A stretch of DNA of 63,373 nucleotides, filler included, from Piptocephalis cylindrospora (taxonomy: Eukaryota): NCBI GenBank assembly GCA_003614145.1. It is 6 parts of 6 records of this genome, joined end to end, with 100 filler letters (N's around TTAATTAATTAA, not from the genome) between each part and the next. Parts side by side here need not be neighbours in the genome. Positions count along the whole stretch, not along the records: positions 10,659 to 21,192 come from KZ988033.1; positions 21,293 to 31,807 come from KZ988034.1; 4 more parts are not named here. One strand, given 5' to 3'. Below the pieces are notes generated by a model, which had not been told where the DNA came from, searched no databases, and saw only the letters and a list, made by a program, of their open reading frames with translations. This document shows positions 10,659-23,637 of this stretch, piece by piece; within the stretch, counting starts at the first letter, position 1, and every line of letters begins with the position of its first letter. The position numbers and the translations under genes were made by a program.

Positions 10659-13600
10659 GGGAAGGGGAAAGGAGGGAGAGGGAGGAATGAAGCATTCCTA
10701 TGCACTCATTCTCTCCATCCATAGATGCCTTTGCATACAGACGAATTAGCCGATGGACGAGCTATGCATGGCAAGGTGATTAATAGAGAGCAAATAAGCG
10801 ATGGGGAGTGGATAGGACACCCATTCCCTTCACCTACCTGATGCGCCAGCTTGGGTCGTCGGGGCAGTATTTGCTGCACAACAACGGCATGGAAGAGGCT
10901 GGGAATGCGGGAGGGATCATAACCTCCAGACAATATGGGTGTCACAGGCTGAAAGGAAACACCCAGGCTGGGTAAGGAATTGTGCTTGGCTAAGTCAGCA
11001 AGATGCAATAGAGGACCTAGAATCCAATTGAGCAACAGTCCGTAGGGTGTATCCTTTACTTGAAGCAAGATGGCTTGATCTAGCAAACGAAGAATCCACG
11101 ACCCCCAGTCCGGCCTGAAGGCCCCTCCAGACTGCCGATGGCCCGACTCCACGGCATGTACTGATATGACCGAGCAAATGGGATCACAGATCAGGAAGGG
11201 ATTGGTGAGAAGGGAGGCTTGAATGATGTCGGAAGATAAGGCATCCCCGATCAATGAGGGAAGGAGGGTGGTCGGATCCATCCCCCCACAGTGGATGGCA
11301 GCACACATGGATCGGACATGAAGAATGGGATCTAGGTCGTGAAGTGGCTTTAACCTCCCCAAATCCTCCTCCTCATCACCACACATGCTAGACCCAACGA
11401 GCCTCCATAGGAAAGGCCAAGCCTGGGAGGAGGGGCTGAGACAGGGGAGATACGAGGCCATGAGACGGGTAAAGGCTATCTGAGCTTCTGTCTGGAACTG
11501 ACCAGGAATGCGGAGAGGACTAACTTGATAGAGAATTTGACATGTGATTAGACGGACCCGTGGGGAGTGGATAGGACACCCATTCCCTTCACCTACCTGA
11601 TGCGCCAGCTTGGGTCGTCGGGGCAGTATTTGCTGCACAACAACGGCATGGAAGAGGCTGGGAATGCGGGAGGGATCATAACCTCCAGACAATATGGGTG
11701 TCACAGGCTGAAAGGAAACACCCAGGCTGGGTAAGGAATTGTGCTTGGCTAAGTCAGCAAGATGCAATAGAGGACCTAGAATCCAATTGAGCAACAGTCC
11801 GTAGGGTGTATCCTTTACTTGAAGCAAGATGGCTTGATCTAGCAAACGAAGAATCCACGACCCCCAGTCCGGCCTGAAGGCCCCTCCAGACTGCCGATGG
11901 CCCGACTCCACGGCATGTACTGATATGACCGAGCAAATGGGATCACAGATCAGGAAGGGATTGGTGAGAAGGGAGGCTTGAATGATGTCGGAAGATAAGG
12001 CATCCCCGATCAATGAGGGAAGGAGGGTGGTCGGATCCATCCCCCCACAGTGGATGGCAGCACACATGGATCGGACATGAAGAATGGGATCTAGGTCGTG
12101 AAGTGGCTTTAACCTCCCCAAATCCTCCTCCTCATCACCACACATGCTAGACCCAACGAGCCTCCATAGGAAAGGCCAAGCCTGGGAGGAGGGGCTGAGA
12201 CAGGGGAGATACGAGGCCATGAGACGGGTAAAGGCTATCTGAGCTTCTGTCTGGAACTGACCAGGAATGCGGAGAGGACTAACTTGATAGAGAATTTGAC
12301 ATGTGATTAGACGGACCCGTGGGGAGATAAGGCTGGTAACTCCTGGAGAATTCTGAACGAAGATGAGATGAACCAACGGACTCAGTATCTCCTCAAGTTG
12401 CTTTGGTGAAATGGCCGATCGAAGATTGGCATACTGAACTCCTCGTCGCCTCTGGACGTTCCCGACCTGAAAATGCCCTGGTGAAGTCCCTTTATCCTGC
12501 TTGTCATGATGATTTGCGTTGGATGAGGGAGGATTTAAGGGAGTCCCTCCTCCATCCCCTCCATCCCTATCTTCGTCGGCCCCTTCCTCGTCTAACCCAC
12601 TCTCCCGCAGCAGGGCTAAAAGGGCTTCTCCAAAGGCCCTTTCCAGGACTCTAGAGGAATCTTCCTCCTCAGCACAGTATCTCATCCACCATAAAAGACC
12701 TTGACGTAGTGATGGGGAAAACCGAGAATGGCGAGCGCAAAACAGCATTGCAGCCGTCCGCCACGACTCCCCGTTCCCTTCCTCCTCACCTTCATTTGCC
12801 TCTGTAGAAGTGGACCCTTCCAAGGAGGAAAAGTGTCTCCGAGTAACGATGGGCCACCAGTGCACTGATGGCAAGGATGTCTTGACGTGAGCAAGAGCCC
12901 TTAATAAACTCACACCATATGTACTTGAGGATGACGGTGAGGTCATCAGGGTATCAAAGGTGGCTCGTAGCCAAGAGGTCGTCCCAAGATGGGTTAGATT
13001 GGCTGGTTCAGCCAGGGTAGATCCTACTCCAGCGCCTCCTCCACCTTTCTCTCCGTTCCGAGGACCCTGTTTGATCCTCCAGACGAGATGGCAAAGGAGG
13101 GAGAGAGAGAGACGGGCGCTGGGGACATCCACGACCTCCCCCTTCATTCCATTGGAGCCAACGGCGACAAGATCGGCCAGGCCCGTTCGATCTAGGAGGG
13201 CTTCCATCGCCATGGCATAAACACTCCCCTTTCCCATGTCTTCTTCGGGTGGAGGACAGGGTGCGGAGGGACTAGAAAGGATGTTTGCACCTAGGGCACC
13301 CACTAAATGGGCAATGCGTTCTTGGATCTCTATGCTCGACATATTCTGTCGATTAGTCCCTCCGGAAGGGCCTAAATTCAAGGTGGCCTTACGCAATGTC
13401 TCCACCCACTTCCTTCTCCCCTCCCGACCCTGCCCACCTTGCCCTATGAAAGTGGCATAGCCAGAAAGGTAGGCCATGATATTCCTCAACGTATTATTAG
13501 AGAGAGACTAGATGCAGGAATAGAAGAAAGGTGAGCTTATCCCTTCGTTAGCGGCCAATAATCCGTTGAACAGAAGACTCTAGACGTACCTGAACAATCT

Positions 13601-16600
13601 GCTGATCTAACAAAAAGGACACTTTTTCCATATCCTTCGACCCCATCTCAGGACCCAAAAGGACAAAAGCAGCTGCTGCCCCGACCACTTCTCCAGGTTT
13701 GATATGATTCTTCTCCTTCTCAGTAAGCGCAGATAAAGAAGATACAATGCGTTCCCCCCGATTCTTCAGTGCTTCCAGACCCAACCCTTCCAGTTCCATG
13801 GCAATGCGGATCTGACCAAGCCATCTACCCAAGATCCACAGATCCTTTCCTGTCGCCCCAGCTCCGTCATCCCGGGGATCGACCGAGGAAAGACATATTT
13901 TCTTGACCCCCTTAGTCAGCTCAACCAAACCCGCGGGGAGGACAGGGGAGGAAAGGAGAGGAATGAGGGCATAGCACGTGTAGTATCCTACAGCATAATC
14001 GGTCCAAGGTAGCCCTTCGCAAGGATTGACACGTAGTGAAGCGTAGAGGGAGAATATCTCTAGAACTAGTTCCTCCTGATGAAGTAGCCTCTCGGCCAGA
14101 CAAGCCAGAGAAGCTACTACCGCAAAGTGATATTCATCCCCATCAGCCAGGGAGAGGGAAGGAGTTTTTTCATGAAGCAAGGCCCTCGCCAAGGTCTCCG
14201 CTTCCTCTTCGCTCTTTCCCACCTCTCTAATCGTACAGCACCAAGCTATTGGTAGAGAGAAAGATGAGTGAGACATCCAAGATTCACCCTATCCCCTATC
14301 TAAATTTTCCTCTCTCCTATCACTTCCATTTCATACCTGAAAGGGCAAAACATGCATTGGCGCGGACTCGGGGAACACGAGAGTGCCGTAGCTTCTCATA
14401 AAGAACACCCTGAATGACCGGGTCTCCATCTAGATCCAAGGCATGCATAGATTGAAATAAGGCAAGCCAGCCAGCAAAGACATCTAACCGACCCATGGAT
14501 GTTCCCTCTGCCTCTTCTACTAGACGTTCTACCCACTTTCCCATTCCTAAACCCTCATCCTCACCTAGACTTGAGGGCGAGGCATATAGGATGGGAAAGA
14601 TGGCAGGACCCGACAGGGCCCATGTGGGTAGACAACTGGTTCTCCAGTTCTTGGCCAAGGCTTCAGGAAAAGCGCGAATCCGTTCAGGAAGCCGCACTTG
14701 ACTGAGGGTTGCGGGATGAGCTCTCCCCTGCGTAGGCCCCTTGAACAGTCCCCTTCCCAGATGCTCCACCTCATGTTCGATCATCCGAGTAAGCAGGGGA
14801 GAAAAATCCAGGGGTCTAATGGATAGACGGATCACCACATCCCTGGGTCCCTCGAGACCATATGCGAGGAGCTCCCGAGTGATTTCTTCGGGAAGAGCAT
14901 GAGAAAGACTTTCTGCTGCCTGCTCTCGGATACAGCGTGGAAGATTATCATCGAAGATACGGGGCAAAATGTAGGTTTGAATGATGGCAGAGCAAAATTC
15001 CGCATAGGGCTCAGTATCTGAAGAGATGAGTAGATCAAAAGTAAGGTTGAGAGTGAGAGTGAGGACAAACGGGATCGTGTGCACCCTAGTATTGGATAAA
15101 CTTGATCTTACCGCGGCGCTTGATGAAGATGAGCCTAATGAAATGTAACCAAGCTCTCTCAACATCGGTGGAATTGGGCTGTGATTGAATCAAAGGAAGG
15201 ATTAATGAATGCCAAGCTAGATGAAGAGGAAGTATAAACCGAGTATGAGTCAAGGGATCATTATCCTGAATCAACGATCAGTCGCTGTACATCCCATTCT
15301 GTTACCCCTACCCACCGGATGAGGCATCATAGGCTCCAGCAAGGACACAGGCATCAATGGTGCGGTAATAGATGACCATAGCATCTAAAGACCGAGGCGG
15401 AGTGTCCTTTAAGGAGGCAATGAGAGCAATAATATCCTCCCCACACTCCAGGGCCCGATACTGGGAGACACGATGCAGACAGTGATAAAGGGATAGCTCT
15501 TGCTCCCTAGTTTGCGCATCTTCAACTTGGGTATAAAGTCTCCGTAAACCAGTAGTGCACATCCGACGAAGATTGACCCACAGCCTGGGATTCTTCCTCC
15601 ATGCCCCATAAAGCAGTATAAGGGCATGGGGATAGATATCAGGAAACGCGGATGACGATTGTCTCATTCCTTCGGCTATAGCCGAAAGAATAGAGGCTCC
15701 AAAAGGATCAGAGGCCAGGGAGGGGAGAAGATAATTCAGGAGGGCAAGACGGACACTTGAAGCAGAGGTATGCTGGACGCAGTAGAAGAAGAAGGTGAGA
15801 TCATCCACTCCAAAGGCTCGCTCAGCCCACTGAAAATTTTCGAAGGAAGAGGAAGGAAAAAGGGAGACATCGCCTTCTAAAAGAGCCAATCCTTGGACTA
15901 GTCTTGTGGCTTGATCAAGACGATACCCTGGGGTAGGTGTTAGGTAGCTCCTAAGCCCTACTAAGACCTCCCCTAAAGGACCATTGCTAGCTCCCGTGGA
16001 AACGAGCTTGGAGAGCTGGTATGGCCAAGGTGAGAAGGAAGATAGGGGGAGGTGCAATGGAATGAAAGATTGAGACAATAATGAAATATTTCCCTCTCCT
16101 ATACACATAGCCTTACCAGGTCAACAAATGACTCTCGATCGGGTAATTGACGAGAGGAGGGTTGGTCCAGGGCCAGTAGATTCTGGGAATTAATTTGGTG
16201 TAGGAGAGAGGAGGCCTCTACCCGACATTGCCCCGCCTCAACACTTTTCACCCTACTAAGAGGAAGAACGAGCATTCGATGCACCGTGGTGCATCCTATT
16301 TTATCCTGGAGATCCTGAAGGACCCATTTCAAATGACTCAAGATTACCAACCGATTTGAAGGATCGGCAAGTCGGTCCAGGAGGAGAATGAGGCTTAGGG
16401 AGGCAAGTAGGACAAGGGGCAAAGGTGGGTCGGCAGAGGTGATCTCCTCATTCGACCCCATGCCTCTCCCTCCACTTGAACCTTTTTCAGCAGGATAAAG
16501 GCGCGAAATGGCAAGAACGACGAGAGAGCAGGATAGGGGAAGATCATGGGGTGAGGAGCATGAACGGGTCAAGAGGACGTAGATAAGGCGTTCATGAAGG

Positions 16601-17436
16601 CTAAAAGACATAGTTGAAATGTGCTTAGACAAAGAGACCTCATCGGATTGAAGCAACCATCCAGAGAGACCCCACGCCTCGAACACACTACACAACATCT
16701 CCAATAGGGGATCATGAATCCGAAGTGGTTGGGCCTCCGCAGTGGTGACGAGAAGCCAGCGGGTAAGGAGACTAATCTGGGGGTACATCTTGTTTCTTCG
16801 AAGCACACTGGCCATCCTGTTCATCCAAACCAGGATATCAGCTCGTCGTGACATCTCGTCACGAGTTTCCCTAGAGATGAGAACTTGCGACAATAACGGA
16901 AGTAGAGACTTCCATTTTCCCACCAGGATGTCCTGTTCTTCCCGAACATCATTCGGTGTAGCGAGAAAGGGGGTGAGGAGATCCAAGAATATTGGCCAGA
17001 TGAGTGGTCCATGCCGATTGACCAGGATCATCAGCGGATGGGGGGATATCGGTAGAGGACGGGATAGGCACTGAATGCTCGTGTCATCCTCCATGGATAC
17101 ACGCTTAGATTCCAGCTGAAAGTGAATACGGACAATCCATGATGCCAGTGCGGGTGTGAGAGAAGAGCCGAGATTTCGAGCGAGAGCCTCCACAAAATTC
17201 TGAGCTCGTGAGCTCGTGAGCGTCCCCGTCTCCAAGTTCAGGAGGACTAGGTGACAAAGTTGGTGGTGAATGGTAATGGATCGGGTAGGTGGTATGAGAA
17301 GATCATTGACCAATTCTAGAGCTAACTGGGGCGAGGTTTCGATAGCCTTGGTGAGGTCACGCAAGCCTTGAGCCTGAAGTAGTTGATGGGGTGAAAGCAA
17401 TCGACCACGCAAGGCCTCGATCGCTTCTTTATTCAT
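10659..17436 (-). CDS. Focadhesin/RST1-like (DUF3730-type) ARM/HEAT protein, multi-exon, 3' end truncated by the contig edge
   Basis: Chain of long minus-strand ORFs (17436-16099, 16108-15308, 15165-14320, 14276-13548, 13489-10706) separated by short introns. Helical Leu-rich repeats; motifs LLYGAWRKNPRLW, VRANACFALSG and LPSVHWWPIV recall focadhesin. Confidence 0.65.
10802..12326. repeat. Apparently exact 759-bp tandem duplication with 7-bp junction microhomology TGGGGAG
   Basis: Identical ORF-track peptides at offset 759 (10995 vs 11754). TGGGGAG occurs at 10802, 11561 and 12320. Confidence 0.95.
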
Positions 17437-17713
17437 GAAGAGGATAGACTATAAGAATGTGGTAGTAGAGAAGTGGTTGGGTTGAGATTGGGATAGGATG
17501 AGATGAAGTAGAGGACCTTGACGAAGGAAGAAGAGCACAGGAAAGATGGGGGACACGTCTCTTGGGTGGAGTCTGTGGATGATACCTTACGAGCTGGGTA
17601 GGGAAGCTATTATTACGCGACAGTCCTACCATGGGCGGCCCTGTTTCTCTTTCTTAGGTAGCACCTCGTCCATCCATTTATTCATCTATAAAGCACACAA
17701 GTACCTCTCCGAA

Positions 17714-20700
17714 ATGAAAGTCGTCGCCCTAGTCAGGTGAGTTGAGATGATGGGTCTAAACGGCAAAGCCCTCCCTATCCTAATCTACGTTTGCCCTTGC
17801 GGACATGACGACCTGACTGGGGTAGTGGAGGCAAAGACAGCTGCTACAATATGCTAGAGTGCGTCCGGTTAGGGCACGAGATTGTTGCCCTAGCCAACCT
17901 GCACCCACCCAAGGAGAGTGGTCAAGGTAAGGATAGATTTCTTGCTTTGAGAAAGGAATAATCACGAGAACTGCCTAACTCGACGTGCATATCTGGTAGA
18001 TGAGATGGATAGCTTTACGTTCCAGACGGTGGGACACAGCGTCCTAGAGCATTATGCCGCTGCCATGGGAGTTCCCATGTACCGGGAGGCTATACAAGGA
18101 ACCGCGGTCAATCAGAACCTTCATTATGTGCCAACAGAAACGGACGAAACTGAAGACCTCTACCGTCTGCTTCGACGCGTTAAGGTATGTTTCCTGGTAG
18201 GATGGAGTGGTTATCACAAAGAAATATCATTTTTTCCTTCTTCCGATTACTCACCATTAAAATGGAGGCAATTCATGCCGAGTAGGAGAAGTTACCGGAT
18301 GTTCAAGGGGTATCAGTTGGAGCCATCCTCTCCAACTACCAAAGGACACGCGTGGAAAATGTGTAAGATTCCTTTGAAGTGGACGAGTATGACAGTGATG
18401 ACCAATCTTATTTCTCTGATCGTTTCTCTCATTATAGCTGCAAGCGTCTCGGGATGTACTCACTGGCCTTTTTATGGGAACGAGATCAGCATCAGCTATA
18501 TGAAGAGATGGTGGAGAGCGACATCGGAGCGATCTTCATTAAGATCGCAGCAATGGGTAAGAGGAATTGTTCCCTGGAGGGGAAATGGAGCTGAAGGGGT
18601 GCTTATTCATCATTACTCTCCCCATGCGGATGAATATGCCTTCTGGGAAATATAGGTCTCTTGCCCAAGCATCTAGGACTCTCTTTAGCCCAGATGCGCA
18701 ATGAGATGCATCGCTTGGTAAGGCGTTGTCGGCTGGACTGATATTCGTGTCTCGTCTTAGTCATTCTTCCAACTCAATATTTCCACGATTCTAATAGGGA
18801 AACCTCTATGAGCTCAATATGTGTGGAGAGGGTGGAGAGTATGAGACCATGACCCTTGACTGTCCCCTCTTTTGCAAGGCTATCCACATGTAAGTAAAAA
18901 GAAAGAAGGGTACCTAAGAGTTTCATCACCCATTGTAGCCTGATGAATCCGGATGATAGAGAGGATTCTACTCGAGTAGTTCACTCGGACGATGCCTTTG
19001 CCCCTGTTGCTTACATCCAGGTGGCCCAAGCCTCTCTAGAGGAAAAGTCTGATTTCCGTGCGCCGACTCCTCAGCTTCCTAACCCTACTGACCCCAAATT
19101 TATGCAAGGTTGGACCAAAGAATGGTTGGAAAACCTGGGTTCTCTACCCTCTCCTGATTCTAAGCTGGTTGTGAAACGTAATGCGTGATCATTGGGTTGG
19201 ATAGATGGTATTTACACTCATTTTAGACATTACCAGAAACAGATACCTCTACCTTTCCCAACATCTCACCAAGAGCAAGATCTACCAAGGCGGGAACCCA
19301 ATGCTACGTGACTGGAATTACTGGAGGGTCCCAGGACGGTGCTATGAAGCAAGGTCTATCCATCCAGGATGAGACACGCGCTTGCTTTACTCTTCTTAAT
19401 GGTACTTTCTCTTTGTGCTCTTGAGAAAGAATGACGATCTGATAGAGACTTGATAAGAGAGGGGAACATAATTTCTTCACTCATCCTTTATCATCTAGTG
19501 CACCTCAAGAATCATGGGTTGAACTTGAGCCATGCCGTCTTCATGGCTGTGTACGTCCGGGATATGTCGGATTTTGCGGCGGTCAATGAGGTGTATGGCC
19601 AGTATTTTTCCTTCCAACCACCTGCTAGGTAAGCAAATATGATGAGTTGGACCGTGGAACCTCGCCTCCCCCCTCCCTTACAAATCCATGATTTTTCTCT
19701 CCATGACTTCATCCACCCTCATTACATTCCTAGGCTGTGTGTGGAGCTTCCTTTGCCGCCAGGCTGTCGGATCCTTATGGAATGCACTGCAAATTCTTTA
19801 CCTAAGCAGGTCCTTCACGTCCAGAGCTTTTCCTACTGGGCTCCCCCCAATATTGGGCCTTACTCCCAAAAAGTAGAGGTAAGTACCTTAAAGAGAAGAT
19901 ACTGTATGGGGAAAAACTACTTCTGACGCATTATACCACTCTATAGACGGATAACACCGTGTATATTGCTGGACAGATTGCCATGTTGCCCTGGGATTCA
20001 TCCCTTCCCACGGTCAAAAGGGAGGGAGGTGCTCTTGTCGAGACCCAACTCCAAGTAGTCATCTCCCTCCAGCACGTCTTTACCATCGCAAAGACTCACC
20101 ATCATCGTCTGGACCGCTGCCCTCCCTATTTCACCATTTGCTACACTACTACCGCTGAAGCGGCCTATTATGCCAGGGCCCTATGGTCCCACTTGAAGGT
20201 CAGATGGGATGGGATGAAAAGAATGGTTCTTCATCATTTTTATTCATACGTTCAACCCACAGCTCCAAGGAGAGATGGTACTCTGCACGGTTACCTCCTT
20301 ACCCAAGGGGGCACAGGTGGAATGGCAATGCGTGTTTCCCTCTCTGGCCCATGGGTCGGACTGGGAAGAGCACTTGGAAGGTAAGGGCTGCACGGAAAAG
20401 ATGCATATATGTATCATTCATTCCACTGACCTTACTCCTGACGTCACTCGATGGCTTCCATCCGTGCAGTGGCTTCCCCTCTCTCAATCGCATCGAACGC
20501 TGATGAAAAGTGTATGGTCCGATCCTGGAGACTCTTCCAACACACGACTTACATAGCATATGGTGAGTGATCCCGAGGTGTGCCTTTACTATGTTCCCAT
20601 CCCAAGTACTTAGCCCTTCCCCTTTGTCCAACTCTTTCCGATAGTCTCGGGTTCAGATGAAATGTCCGACCTCATTGATATCATCAAGACACCTTTACAG

Positions 20701-20928
20701 ACCTTACTGCGATCTGCGAATAATGAGGACCCTGAATATTTGGTCCGTATCCTCTATACTCCCAGAGTCCAATGCTCGGTATCGGTGGAAGAACTGGAAG
20801 AGAGGGTAGGCGCAATCCTGAATCACACCAATATCCCCATCACCTGGTTACCCGTGGAGGGGATCGACGGAGACTACGGCCTAGCTCTGATGATCTCGAG
20901 GCAGGGAAGCGCTAGAGAACGCGATTAA
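17714..20928 (+). CDS. DPH6: Diphthine-ammonia ligase with C-terminal RidA/YjgF-like domains, many short introns
   Basis: Spliced MKVVALVS-GGKDSCYNMLECVRLGHEIVALANLHP; DSFTFQTVGH; GAILSNYQRTRVENV; CGEGGEYET; DFAAVNEVYGQYF..PPAR; LHVQSFSYWAPPNIGPYSQ. Confidence 0.93.
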
Positions 20929-21192
20929 AAAAGGGACACAGGCCAAATAAAGCAAGATGCGATGGGGTAGAAATAAAATGCATTGAGGGACAGGGGTACG
21001 TAGAGAGAGAAAGAAATGGGGATTTCAGGACGATAAAACGACCAAATGACTGGCCCATAAAGAAAAGGAAAGACCTAAGTGATCGAGGTCCAGCTTCCCC
21101 ACCGACGTAGGGAAAAATCTTGATGACGTAATCCGAGAAAATCACGACGATGACGGAAAAAAATACAGACATTCGTGGTGTTATCATCGATT

Positions 21193-21292
21193 NNNNNNNN
21201 NNNNNNNNNNNNNNNNNNNNNNNNNNNNNNNNNNNNTTAATTAATTAANNNNNNNNNNNNNNNNNNNNNNNNNNNNNNNNNNNNNNNNNNNN
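21193..21292. other. Artificial contig-joining spacer
   Basis: N44-TTAATTAATTAA-N44. Confidence 0.99.
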
Positions 21293-21436
21293 GGGAAGCG
21301 GCTAAGCGCTTAGCCACACGCTTCTCCCAGGACATGTCCCCCCCCCCAGCATCGTCCTGCCCCTTTGGATCTAAATTCTCCTCTCCTCACTACTACCACC
21401 ACCACCACCCCCATCTCCACCACTACCACTCCCATC

Positions 21437-23009
21437 ATGTATCGTACATTGGCGACACCCGGGCGTTTTGATCCCCTTTACCGCGATGATCGTGACCAGG
21501 AGACCCCCGGATACATGTATCGGCATCGACAAACCCAAAGTCATGAAGACTTGTACGGGACTCAATCCTTAATGGAGGGTAAGTTAAAGAATACAATGGA
21601 GATGTGCAAAGGAAAGCTTATCTCATTCATCCTATTGTCATACGCTAGGAATGAGTGCTCCCACTTCCCCAAACTCCTTGACCGATTCCTTTCCGCAACC
21701 AGCTACCCCCTCCGACTCGGCCATGGGACACTCTGGATCATCCCTTGGATACGGGGGTGCTCATTGGAGGACAGCCCCTTACCAATCCATGTCCATGATG
21801 GCCACGAGTCCCGGATGGGTACCTATTCATGGCTCTTCCCCATCTCAGCCCCTTCAACGACATCGACACCATAGCTCCCTCGATCTTTCTTACTCTTCTC
21901 CTTCACTTCCCATGGCATCTCCGTCTGGGGGATGGTATGGATCCTTGGAGGAGAGACTGGGAGGAGGGCATGGGATGAGCGCTAGTGGTAGAGGGGGAGG
22001 TAGAAGGAAGAGTGTGTATACATGCTTCCCCGGTCTCGGTCTCAGTGGATCCAGGTCCATTGAAGGTCTCAAGGAAGAGAGAGGGGATGAGATAGAAGGG
22101 GATACGAATGGGGGAGGGAGGAGAGCCTCCCTTCTCAAGGGGCCCAGGATGCAGATGGAGCCTGAGACGGATCGTTGGGTAGGGACACCCGCCAGAACTC
22201 GATCTATCGGGGTCGGGGAAGGACCACGGCCCATCGGGGTGGGGGAGGGGCCGAGATCTATCTCTCTTTCCTCCCCAAAATCCCCCTCCAGCCCCACTCA
22301 TCCCCAAAGACTTCGATCAGATGCTCCCCCAGGTGAAGGAGAGGTTAGGATCACGATGGCCATCCCAAGGAACAAGGTGGGGCTCGTGATTGGCCCGGGC
22401 GGAGAGACGGTTCGAGATCTGCAGGGAAAGAGTGGGGCTAGGATCTGTGTGGAGCTCCGAAAGGCCCCTGCACCCTCCAAGGACTGGATGAGCTCCATGT
22501 CCTCACGAACCAATGGGGTGGCCATGATCACGGGGAGAGAGGAGGCGACAGTCCGGGCCCAGGGTCTTATCCAGGAGCTGGTGACCAAAGGCACTATCAC
22601 TGGTGAGTTTCTCTTTCCTTCTTCCACGCACCTTACCGGACCCTCCTCTTCTTCTTCTTCCTCCTTCTCTTCCTCTGCCTCCTTCCCCGAAGAGGAGGAA
22701 GAGGTGTTGGAGACGGTGGAGGTTCCAGACGAAGCGGCGGCTATGATCATTGGTCGGGGGGGCGAGACGGTACGAAGTCTGCAGTTGGCCTCCGGCGCCA
22801 AGATCCAAGTAGAGAGGTTCATGAAGCAAGGGGCATGCGGCCACCGTCGGATCCACGTTTCTGGGACCGAGGAGAAGGTGGAAGTGGCCAAGCGATGTAT
22901 CCGGGAACAAGTGGAGGCGTATCAACGGGGTGAACCCGGTAAGTATGATCCCAACCCCACTGGCGGCCCCCTTGGTCTAGGTAGGCGGGTGTCCCGATCC
23001 AAGGAGTGA
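21437..23009 (+). CDS. Two-KH-domain RNA-binding protein (intron 21579-21648; start uncertain)
   Basis: KH GxxG loops VGLVIGPGGETVRDLQGKSGARI and AAMIIGRGGETVRSLQLASGAKI. The GTAAGT..CTAG intron joins in frame. Confidence 0.85.
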
Positions 23010-23637
23010 TACGGTGCATATGGGTAGATGGCGGGTGGATGGGCGGACGAGCGGGTGGATGGGTGAATAGGCAGGACATATGAAATCTCAGGACATTATT
23101 GTGGGCCAGGATGCCCTGGGCCCCACAATGAAGTATGGCTGGTCATCTTTTTTTGCTCTCTTTACCCTCAGATGGATGGAAGTGTCTGCGTGAGTTTGTG
23201 ATGGGTATAAAGACACAAGAGATTTACCATATGAAGCATGAAATGAGTTTGCCTCGCCCCTTTTTACTCCATCAGTTAGCAGTAGGGCGAGTGAGATGGG
23301 GGGGATGCAGAGGACATGGGAAGAACGAGAGGGGTGGATGGAGGAGGACCATATTGTATGCAGGGGTTGGTTGGAGCGAAGCGGTGAGAGAGAAAAAAGG
23401 ATATCATCGTTTTTCTCCCCTTCATTTCATCCCATCGTATTTTCCATCTTGGCGAGTTACTTGACTGAGGGGAAAATTCTAAGTATGGACGAGGGGAAGG
23501 GGAAAGGCGGACTGATACAGGGATTATTAAAGGAATAAAACAAAATTTAGATGATGGATAAAATGCCTGCTTTCTGATAGTGGCCATTCCTTAGCTCCTC
23601 ATCACATACCCCATTTCTCTCATTCATACATCCTATC

